Shown piece by piece: positions 18,062 to 25,600 of a stretch of DNA of 54,137 nt; position 1 is the first letter of the stretch, and every line of letters begins with the position of its first letter. The notes under the pieces were generated by a model. That model saw only the letters and a list, made by a program, of their open reading frames with translations. It had not been told where the DNA came from and ran no database searches. This stretch comes from a virus (taxonomy: Duplodnaviria > Caudoviricetes). The position numbers were made by a program, and so were the translations under genes. The stretch covers positions 1 to 54,137 of the IMG/VR virus record IMGVR_UViG_3300020233_000010. One strand, given 5' to 3'.

Positions 18062-19210
18062 ATGGTCAGTCAATTTGACATAGAAAAAATGCAGAGAGTT
18101 GAAGTTCGTGTATTCCTAAATCTTATGGGTGTAGTATACAAACGACATCCTAAGACGGCTGGGGCTATACGAGACCTCGCATTAAAATATACAGAAAGGT
18201 ATCCAGAAAAAGCTGTAGAAATGTTCGGCGCTGTTAAGTACGGCAACAAGAACGCTTCAATAGTTGACTCCCCTAAATCTAAAGATGTAGACGACATCGT
18301 GACTTCTGTTGTCAACATATTAAGCAAGGAGCATGGTGCATCGCTTCATAGCATTAAGAAAGACGTTGTGAGTTTTGCGAAAGAAGTTGCGAAAGAAGTT
18401 GCAATACAGGAGATGGGAATTTACCGTCCGCTTGAATTAAAACAGAAAGGTAAGAAATCTGTAAAGCTTAAAGGTGTATTGCCAAAACAGTTTGAGAAAT
18501 TGCTACAGCTTGCCCATAGGCGTAGAAACATTTTAATGGTAGGGCCAGCCGGTTGTGGAAAGACATATATAGCAGGTAAGATTGCAGAGGCGTTAGGATT
18601 AAGCTTTGCATCTCAGTCATGCAGTGAGGGTATGAGCGAAACAGCTTTCACAGGATGGTTGATGCCTATAGGTAAGCAAGGAACATTTGAATACGTGCAG
18701 AGTGAGTTCGTCCGAATCTATGAAGGTGGTGGTGTATTCTTACTTGACGAAATAGATGCCAGTGATTCTAATGTTCTAGTCTTCATGAACCAAGCACTTG
18801 CCAATGATGGATTCTACTTACCACAACGACACAATAAGCCGTTCATAAAAAAGCATAAGGACTTTGTCGCTATCGCAGCCGCTAACACGTTCGGCAATGG
18901 TGGAGATGCAATGTACGTTGGACGCAACCAGTTGGATGCAGCTACACTTGATAGATTCAAGATCGGTACTGTGTATATGGATTACGACGAAACAGTTGAG
19001 AAGGCTTTGATACAAACAAGATGCGAGTTGGTATACGAATGGGGAATTTTGATAAGGGAAAAGATTACCCGTCATAACTTACGCAGAATTCTATCTACTC
19101 GCGTTATGATTGATTCAGTAGAAATGCGCGAAGAAGGTTGGTCACTTAAAGAAATAAGTGATGCGTACTTTTCTGATTGGAGCCGTGAAGAACTGAGGAT
19201 GGTTGCATGA
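18062..19210 (+). CDS. MoxR/CbbQ/CobS-like AAA+ ATPase
   Basis: Walker A GPAGCGKT, Walker B FLLDEID, AAANT.G.G..YVGRNQLDAATLDRF. Confidence 0.92.
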   Translation: MVSQFDIEKMQRVEVRVFLNLMGVVYKRHPKTAGAIRDLALKYTERYPEKAVEMFGAVKYGNKNASIVDSPKSKDVDDIVTSVVNILSKEHGASLHSIKKDVVSFAKEVAKEVAIQEMGIYRPLELKQKGKKSVKLKGVLPKQFEKLLQLAHRRRNILMVGPAGCGKTYIAGKIAEALGLSFASQSCSEGMSETAFTGWLMPIGKQGTFEYVQSEFVRIYEGGGVFLLDEIDASDSNVLVFMNQALANDGFYLPQRHNKPFIKKHKDFVAIAAANTFGNGGDAMYVGRNQLDAATLDRFKIGTVYMDYDETVEKALIQTRCELVYEWGILIREKITRHNLRRILSTRVMIDSVEMREEGWSLKEISDAYFSDWSREELRMVA

Positions 19211-20115
19211 ATATTGTAGAGACTAAGGATGTAAGAAGGATCGGTGTGGTTGAGTCTATACACTTTGAATCTCTAATAGACTTGATAGATACGTCAGAGA
19301 ACAGTGTTTCTATACACGACAATAGATGGGCCTACCGTAAACATATATCCATGACAGATTTAAGCGGTAAGGATCCTAGATGGTTTGGAAAAGGTAATAA
19401 TAACTATAAAGATGTTATGGACAAAGCTTTAAGCGGAGACCCCGCTATGCTTGAAAATCTTAATGATAAAATTTCACTATTCAAAAAAGGAGAGATGGAA
19501 AATAAGTTTGAAAGTAGATCTGTTAAAAAAGCAAAGCGTAAGAAAGTAAGAGCAGAGTTTGGTGAAGAAATAGACATACATAAAGTATACCAAGGACAGT
19601 TAGATAAGGCGTGGTCGTCCCACAAGAGAATAGAAATAGATGTGGAACACCACTTAGTAACTTTGTTTGTTGATGTTGGCGGCTTAAGAAATGAAAAAGT
19701 TTCTGATTCTTTATGGAGAGCGGCTGTAGCTGTAAAGGTGGCGGATGATTTAATCAAAGCAGGTAAGTCGGTACAGGTTGTAATCGGCAGCTCCTGCACT
19801 AACCTGCACAGCGAAGCAGAAGTTGTAATGACCAGTATAGTAGTTAAGAAATACAATGAGCCACTGAGCATGGAGCGGCTTGCTGCTATGTCACATCTTG
19901 GGTTCCACCGTACATTCAACTTCGGAGCAAGAGCATTTTCTACAGGCAGTATAAGTAGAACTATGGGATACAGTTCAGATCATTGCGAAACTATACCGCC
20001 TATACAGATGTATGAAGATGTAGAATCTGGCAGTGTTAAGTACATCTACATTCCAAGGTGTCTTAGTTTGTATGACGCTAATATGGCTATAGACAATATC
20101 TATAAAGGGTTTTGA
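19207..20115 (+). CDS. Putative vWA-like partner of the AAA ATPase
   Basis: Coupled to the ATPase; GEEIDIHK, VTLFVDVGG (degenerate MIDAS), VVKK..EPL..RLAA..H..F.R. Confidence 0.6.
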   Translation: MNIVETKDVRRIGVVESIHFESLIDLIDTSENSVSIHDNRWAYRKHISMTDLSGKDPRWFGKGNNNYKDVMDKALSGDPAMLENLNDKISLFKKGEMENKFESRSVKKAKRKKVRAEFGEEIDIHKVYQGQLDKAWSSHKRIEIDVEHHLVTLFVDVGGLRNEKVSDSLWRAAVAVKVADDLIKAGKSVQVVIGSSCTNLHSEAEVVMTSIVVKKYNEPLSMERLAAMSHLGFHRTFNFGARAFSTGSISRTMGYSSDHCETIPPIQMYEDVESGSVKYIYIPRCLSLYDANMAIDNIYKGF

Positions 20116-20116
20116 T

Positions 20117-20242
20117 ATGGACAGCTTAGATTACATAATATCTTTTCTAATAGTTATGCTGGGTCTATCAATATATTTTATAGTGTTGGACTTGCTTGTA
20201 TCTTTGGTCACTAGAATTATAATAATCTTTAAGAGAAATTAG
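20117..20242 (+). CDS. Small membrane peptide (41 aa, not in ORF track)
   Basis: MDSLDYIISFLIVMLGLSIYFIVLDLLVSLV... Confidence 0.5.
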   Translation: MDSLDYIISFLIVMLGLSIYFIVLDLLVSLVTRIIIIFKRN

Positions 20243-20330
20243 TATTATGGATAAAATAGATGCACTGATTATAATAAGTTCTTTAAATACGGTTTTAATT
20301 TTAATATTTATTTACTAAGGAGAGCAGAAA

Positions 20331-20726
20331 ATGATGTATCAAATAGTACAGACAAAAGTGCGTGGATTTAAAACGGGTATGGCTTTAGGAGCTGAGAAGG
20401 CGACTAAGAAAAGAGAACGTAGAATGAAGAAAGATAAAGTCTTGTTTGAAACTGACAATCTTCAAGAAGCAAGGAAGTCATTGGACAATCACTTTGATAG
20501 ATACATACACTATACAGAAGAAGCGTTGAAGAAGCGTTCAGGGGAGAAACTTTCAAAGGGCGATCTGGTCTTCTTTCACAACCACGATCTGCAAAGGAAG
20601 AGACAGAAGAGTGGTGTAGTTACTAACCAGTCAGATTTCGATAACGTATGTATAGTCACCATAGTAGATAAAGAAAAAGTTGTATGGTGCATAAATCGCA
20701 TAAATGTTTGGAAGGAGGTTGCGTAA
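20331..20726 (+). CDS. Hypothetical protein
   Basis: AAGGAG RBS. Confidence 0.7.
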   Translation: MMYQIVQTKVRGFKTGMALGAEKATKKRERRMKKDKVLFETDNLQEARKSLDNHFDRYIHYTEEALKKRSGEKLSKGDLVFFHNHDLQRKRQKSGVVTNQSDFDNVCIVTIVDKEKVVWCINRINVWKEVA

Positions 20727-20995
20727 TGGATGATAGTCCAAAACTTAATACTGTTCTTAGCTATAAGAAAGTAAAGAAAGGGTTATGGCCGTTCAGAAAA
20801 ACAGTTCTTGTTCCGTATTGTAAATTTAACAGAGGTGGGGATACTGTACGATGTCTGTGTCCTTTATGTTTAGTTGGATGTGGGTATGATCGGCTAGTAG
20901 AAAATAGAATTGTAAAGACAGAACACTTGGCTGTATGCAGTACATGCAATACTGAATTTGTTTCTATAGGCGTAAGGAGACTTAACAATGGCTAG
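20726..20995 (+). CDS. Zinc-finger hypothetical protein
   Basis: GGAGG RBS with TAATG overlap; CPLC...CSTC. Confidence 0.65.
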   Translation: MDDSPKLNTVLSYKKVKKGLWPFRKTVLVPYCKFNRGGDTVRCLCPLCLVGCGYDRLVENRIVKTEHLAVCSTCNTEFVSIGVRRLNNG

Positions 20996-21362
20996 AATTA
21001 ATCTTGGCAATCACATAGACAAACTTTTTTTAATGAAGCTTGAAATTGATAGAGAGGAGGTGAAGATAAAGAAGCTGAAAGACAAGTACGAAAAAGTAAG
21101 AGAGGCTGTATATAACAAAGTAAGTAAGGAAGATCTTGATGGTGGCAAGGGTAAGCTTGCAAAAGTATCTCTGGTAAGAACTGAGTCGCCATCTATTGAG
21201 GACTTTGATAAGTTTTTCAAATTCGTTATTCGTAATAAGTCAAAAGACTTGATAGCACGTAAAGTAAATTCAAAAGCATGGAGGGAACGTTTAGAAGCCG
21301 GTAAGAAAGTCCCAGGAGTTGAGAAGTTTGTAAAGATAACGATGCGTCTTTCTAAAATCTAA
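20988..21362 (+). CDS. Conserved phage replication-module protein
   Basis: Coiled coil followed by D.D.FF.F...L..RKV...W...PGVE pattern seen near Pol A in siphoviruses. Confidence 0.7.
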   Translation: MARINLGNHIDKLFLMKLEIDREEVKIKKLKDKYEKVREAVYNKVSKEDLDGGKGKLAKVSLVRTESPSIEDFDKFFKFVIRNKSKDLIARKVNSKAWRERLEAGKKVPGVEKFVKITMRLSKI

Positions 21363-21372
21363 GGAGATAATT

Positions 21373-21507
21373 ATGAAAGAAAAGTTAGCAGACTATAGTG
21401 AATCAGAAATCCGAAACATGACATACCAAGAATTGATGGAGGTGTTAAAGAACAGCACTGAGAGCAATGAAAGGTTGTTGAACAGCAGACTAGATAAAGG
21501 AGTGTAG
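21373..21507 (+). CDS. Small hypothetical protein (44 aa, not in ORF track)
   Basis: AAGGAG RBS; MKEKLADYSESEIRNMTYQELM... Confidence 0.55.
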   Translation: MKEKLADYSESEIRNMTYQELMEVLKNSTESNERLLNSRLDKGV

Positions 21508-21511
21508 TAAA

Positions 21512-22351
21512 ATGGCAGCTAAGAAAAAATCAGTGACAAAGAAAAAGATGGCGGTAAAGAAGAAAGGAACAGGGACTGCTATGGTAAGTATGTCAGACCT
21601 GAAGAAGAAGATGGCTGAAGAAGCTGTTGAAGAATCTAAACGTTTGGACGGTGGTGAAAGCAGTTTCATTAGTATCAAAGGTGGAAGCTTTACTTACCAA
21701 GGGGCAGATCTTGGGGATACGCTTGAAGTTGTCATTCTGGATTTCGTTAGTGAGAATTCTTACTACACTTCGTATGATCCAGACAACCCCTCGTCTCCAG
21801 GATGTTATGCCATAGGTAGGGAGAAGAACAAATACCTTACCCCACTACCTGACTGTGCAAAGTTGCAGGATAAAGAAGGATGCGAAGATTGTTGGGCCAA
21901 CGAATGGGAAAGTGCAGATACCGGAAAGGGTAAAGCATGTAAGAATACCAAACGCATTTCTGTAATCTCTACTTCTGATCTTGAAGATGTAGATACCGCA
22001 GAAAATGCAGATGTCGCTTTTATTCGTGTACCACCTACCAGTGTTAAATCTTTTGAAAAATTTGCAAAGGGTGTGACAAAGATTCATAAGGAAATGATTT
22101 ATGGTATGGTGGTGGAAATATCTTTTGATGATGACTCCGATTACGAAGCTTTGTTGTTTAAAGCTGTTCGTCCTATTGATGACGTTGGCATACTAACTAC
22201 CATCATTGAAAAGAAGGAACAGTATAAAGAAGAGTTGGAAGAACCTACTGACATTTCCAACTATAACGAACCGAAAAAGAAAAAGGGTAAGTCATCTTCT
22301 AATAAATCTTCTTCTAAAAAGAAAGGACGTAGCAAGATGTCTCGAAAGTAA
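21512..22351 (+). CDS. Putative ssDNA-binding/recombination protein with Cys cluster and Lys-rich ends
   Basis: FISIKGGSF, YY..YDP.NP..P.CYA, CEDC..N.W.S..GKGKACKN; upstream of Pol A and followed by a terminator. Function is inferred. Confidence 0.55.
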   Translation: MAAKKKSVTKKKMAVKKKGTGTAMVSMSDLKKKMAEEAVEESKRLDGGESSFISIKGGSFTYQGADLGDTLEVVILDFVSENSYYTSYDPDNPSSPGCYAIGREKNKYLTPLPDCAKLQDKEGCEDCWANEWESADTGKGKACKNTKRISVISTSDLEDVDTAENADVAFIRVPPTSVKSFEKFAKGVTKIHKEMIYGMVVEISFDDDSDYEALLFKAVRPIDDVGILTTIIEKKEQYKEELEEPTDISNYNEPKKKKGKSSSNKSSSKKKGRSKMSRK

Positions 22352-22361
22352 AAACAACTAT

Positions 22362-22394
22362 AGAGCGCGGCTGTGATAGGCCGCGCTTTATTTT
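22362..22394 (+). terminator. Intrinsic terminator
   Basis: AGAGCGCGGC-tgtgatag-GCCGCGCTTT followed by ATTTT. Confidence 0.8.
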
Positions 22395-22408
22395 AGGAGA
22401 ACATTAAG

Positions 22409-22609
22409 ATGGCGAATATAAAAGCACTAGAAAACTGGACTGAGCTAAACAAGAAGATAAACAGTTTCAGTCTGAAAGGTTTGATAGTTCTGCTAGACCA
22501 AGAAAAGAATGGTTCTAATAGAAGATCATTTGTAAGAAGGATACACCAAAAAATTACTAGGATGCGCGGCGTTCAAGAAAGAGAAAAGCTAATGAGGAAT
22601 TCAAAGTGA
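22409..22609 (+). CDS. Hypothetical protein upstream of Pol A
   Basis: AGGAG RBS; W..LN...R..FVRRIHQ..T..R...ER. Confidence 0.7.
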   Translation: MANIKALENWTELNKKINSFSLKGLIVLLDQEKNGSNRRSFVRRIHQKITRMRGVQEREKLMRNSK

Positions 22610-24435
22610 TAGTACCTCTGGATTTTGAAACAGAATCTATTGAGAAAAGACCTGAATATCCGCCGAAGCCGGTAGGTGTAGCGGTAAGGTTTGGACGCGG
22701 TGGGTATCGTTATCTTGCTTGGGGACACCCGACAGAAAACAACTGTACAAAGACCGAAGCTAATAAAGTGGTGCGGGATATTTTTAGGAACCATACTCCA
22801 TTAATGCACAATGCAGCATTTGATATAGATGTTGCTATGTCTTTCATGGGCGCAAAGTTTCCTAAGGATTTCCATGATACTTTGTTTCTTGCATACCTAC
22901 ACGATCCAAGGGATAAAAGTCTTAGTCTCAAACCGCTTGCAGAAAAGTATCTTGGTATGTCGCCAAAAGAACAGGACATGTTGAGAGAATGGATACTTGC
23001 TAATGTTCCTGAGGCGTTGCCAGAAACAAAAAAGAATCCTGCAGGAAAGTATATATGCAGAACTCCAGGAATGTTGTGCGCCAAGTATGCAAGAGGGGAT
23101 ATTATTAGAACAGAAAAACTTTTCAAACTGTTCTACCCATATATAAAAGACAATGGAATGCTTGAATCGTACGAAAGGGAAAAGCGTGTAATGCCTGTCT
23201 TCAATGATATGTCTGAAGGCGGTGTTAAGGTAGCTGTAAGAAGATTGAAAAAAGATGTTAGGAAATGGCAATCAAGAAGGGAAGGTATTGGAAAAGTAAT
23301 TCGCTCACGTTTAAAAACAAAAGACTTAGACATAAGCAGCCCGAAGCAGTTAGCAGATGCGCTTGATAGAACAGGTAAGATCATACACTGGATAAAGACT
23401 CCTAAGGGAAATAAGAGTACTAGCCGTGAGAACTTAATAACTACCTGCATAGATAAGAAGTTGGTGGAACTACTTTCTATCTACGCTGTCTATGGAACTT
23501 ACATAAGCACATTTGGATTGCCATGGATTGAAGCAGCAGAAAAGTCTAACGGATATATCCATCCTAACTTTAACCAAGTAAGATCGCCAGATGAATACGG
23601 CAGTGGAAGTAAGGGAACAAGAACAGGAAGACCGTCTAGTAACAATCCAAACTTTTTCAATGTACCAAGGAATCCAAATGATCCAAGTATTAAATGGACA
23701 ATGGAGTTGCCAAGGTTGCGGGAATATTTAATACCAGATGAAGGATGTGTTTTTCTTAACAGAGATTACAGTCAACAAGAGTTAAGAATACTAGCGCACT
23801 TTGAAGACAGTGTTTTGATGCAGGCATACTTGAAAGATCCTACTATGGATGTTCACGCTTTTATTGGGGGATTGATAACAGAGTGTACCGGCCTAGTATT
23901 CCCAAGGAAGCATATCAAGGTTCTCAACTTCGGAGTTGTCTATGGTATGGGAGTTCCAGGTTTGATGAAGAAGATAGGGTGTAGTCGTGAAGAAGCATCT
24001 TCTCTTAAGAAAGCTCATGCAAAGGCGCTGCCAGCAATAGGAGATTTGAATAAAGAAATAAAACGAATGTCAAAACGTGGAGATCCTATTGTTACGTGGG
24101 GCGGACGACAATACTACACTGAAGAGCCGAAGATTATAAATGGTCACTTAAGAAAGTTTGAATACAAACTATTAAATTATCTTATACAAGGTAGCGCGGC
24201 CGACGTAACTAAGGAAGCGATGTGCAGAGTAGCTTCTGATTTAAAATCTGATAGTCGTGTAGTGTTGCAGGTGTACGATGAATTGATGATTAATGTTCCT
24301 AAAGGTACTGAGAAAAAGAACATGAAGTTGCTACAAGAATCAATGGAGTCTGTACAGATGGATGTACCTATGTTGAGTGACGGTAAGAAATCTTCTATTA
24401 GTTGGGGCAAAGCAAAGCCATACGAGGTGAGATGA
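22606..24435 (+). CDS. polA: DNA polymerase, family A, with 3'-5' exonuclease
   Basis: ExoI DFET, HNAAFD, YARGD; RTGRPSS..PN, motif A DYSQQELRILAH, motif B KVLNFGVVYG, NYLIQGSAAD, motif C VYDE. Confidence 0.96.
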   Translation: MIVPLDFETESIEKRPEYPPKPVGVAVRFGRGGYRYLAWGHPTENNCTKTEANKVVRDIFRNHTPLMHNAAFDIDVAMSFMGAKFPKDFHDTLFLAYLHDPRDKSLSLKPLAEKYLGMSPKEQDMLREWILANVPEALPETKKNPAGKYICRTPGMLCAKYARGDIIRTEKLFKLFYPYIKDNGMLESYEREKRVMPVFNDMSEGGVKVAVRRLKKDVRKWQSRREGIGKVIRSRLKTKDLDISSPKQLADALDRTGKIIHWIKTPKGNKSTSRENLITTCIDKKLVELLSIYAVYGTYISTFGLPWIEAAEKSNGYIHPNFNQVRSPDEYGSGSKGTRTGRPSSNNPNFFNVPRNPNDPSIKWTMELPRLREYLIPDEGCVFLNRDYSQQELRILAHFEDSVLMQAYLKDPTMDVHAFIGGLITECTGLVFPRKHIKVLNFGVVYGMGVPGLMKKIGCSREEASSLKKAHAKALPAIGDLNKEIKRMSKRGDPIVTWGGRQYYTEEPKIINGHLRKFEYKLLNYLIQGSAADVTKEAMCRVASDLKSDSRVVLQVYDELMINVPKGTEKKNMKLLQESMESVQMDVPMLSDGKKSSISWGKAKPYEVR

Positions 24436-24436
24436 A

Positions 24437-24655
24437 ATGACAGATGAAATGGCAGATGAAGAAAAAATACTTTGGATGTTTGAAGAAGTGCATGGTGAGA
24501 TGACTGGAAGTTGTTATACAGAAGTTGAGTATGATGACTTCGGAAAAGCTATAGAAGTTTCTGTAATGAAAGGCGGTAATGTATGTTGGAGCGAAAGTAA
24601 AGCAGACTTAGTTTTTTCCTATTTGATAAAGATACATTTTAAAGAGGGTGCATAA
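24437..24655 (+). CDS. Acidic hypothetical protein
   Basis: GAGG RBS; tight packing. Confidence 0.6.
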   Translation: MTDEMADEEKILWMFEEVHGEMTGSCYTEVEYDDFGKAIEVSVMKGGNVCWSESKADLVFSYLIKIHFKEGA

Positions 24656-25317
24656 TGGCTAATAAATTTTCAACATCATATTCCCGTTGGAGCGTGTTTA
24701 ATAATTGTCCTTTCCAATACGATTGTAAATTTAACAAAAAGATTCCAGAGGAGCAGAGATACTTTTCTGAGCGCGGCAATATCATCCATGCAAAAGCAGA
24801 ACACTTTGTCAAAGGTAACATAACAGGAATGCCGGATGAGCTGAGTAAATTCTCGTCTGACTTTCGTTCTTTAAGAAACTGTGGTGCAAAGACAGAAATA
24901 GATGTAGCCATAAATAAAGATTGGAATCCTTCTTTTGGCACAGACTGGGATAACGTATGGGTAAGAGCGAAAGTAGATGCGCTTGGATTCCTATCAGAAA
25001 AGGAAGCAGTGGTGGTAGATTATAAGACAGGGAAAGTATATGATAGCCATAAAGGGCAAGGAGAATTGTATGCTCCGCTGGTACTAGCGCACTATCCAAA
25101 GATAAAGATAATGCACGTTGAATTCTGGTATCTAGACAGTGGGGAATATAGTGAAGTAACTTACTTGCCGAAGAAGTTGAAAGATTTAAAGATGCAGTGG
25201 ACGGATAGATTTAAGAAGCAAGAAGCTGCTAAGAAGTTCAAAGCAACTCCAAGTACAAAAGCTTGTCAGTGGTGCAGCTTTAGAAAATCAAAAGGAGGAG
25301 TATGTAAGTATGGCTGA
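24655..25317 (+). CDS. PD-(D/E)XK Cas4/RecB-like exonuclease
   Basis: SYSR..F..CP, RG..IH, KVD, VVDYKTG, Q..LY, CQWC.F..C. Confidence 0.9.
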   Translation: MANKFSTSYSRWSVFNNCPFQYDCKFNKKIPEEQRYFSERGNIIHAKAEHFVKGNITGMPDELSKFSSDFRSLRNCGAKTEIDVAINKDWNPSFGTDWDNVWVRAKVDALGFLSEKEAVVVDYKTGKVYDSHKGQGELYAPLVLAHYPKIKIMHVEFWYLDSGEYSEVTYLPKKLKDLKMQWTDRFKKQEAAKKFKATPSTKACQWCSFRKSKGGVCKYG

Positions 25318-25600
25318 CGAATTAGAATCAAGTATAGAATCAAAGTTCAAAACCTATGTAGAAAGTAGAGGAGGGGTATGTTTAAAACTAACCCCGGAAG
25401 GACAGAAAGGTTGGCCGGATAGGTTAGTGGTTTATGAAGGCGGTCACTTCTTCATAGAGTTAAAGCGTAAAGGAAAGGAGCCGAGGAAGTTGCAGTGGTA
25501 CAGAATAAATAAATTAAAGAGGATGAGACATGCCGCCTTTTGGACAGACAACATCGAAGAAGCAAAAAGAATCTACAACAGAGAAGTTGGTTCCTCATAA
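25310..25600 (+). CDS. VRR-NUC domain nuclease
   Basis: E.SIE...GWPDRL..FFIELK..G..PRKLQ. Confidence 0.9.
   Translation: MADELESSIESKFKTYVESRGGVCLKLTPEGQKGWPDRLVVYEGGHFFIELKRKGKEPRKLQWYRINKLKRMRHAAFWTDNIEEAKRIYNREVGSS

Noticed and set aside
18062-19210. cobS as a cobalamin auxiliary metabolic gene
   Set aside because: Only generic MoxR-type AAA motifs are present and there are no other cobalamin genes.
24655-25317. Cas4-like nuclease as evidence of a CRISPR system
   Set aside because: It sits in a standard Pol A / nuclease / VRR-NUC / SNF2 replication module.
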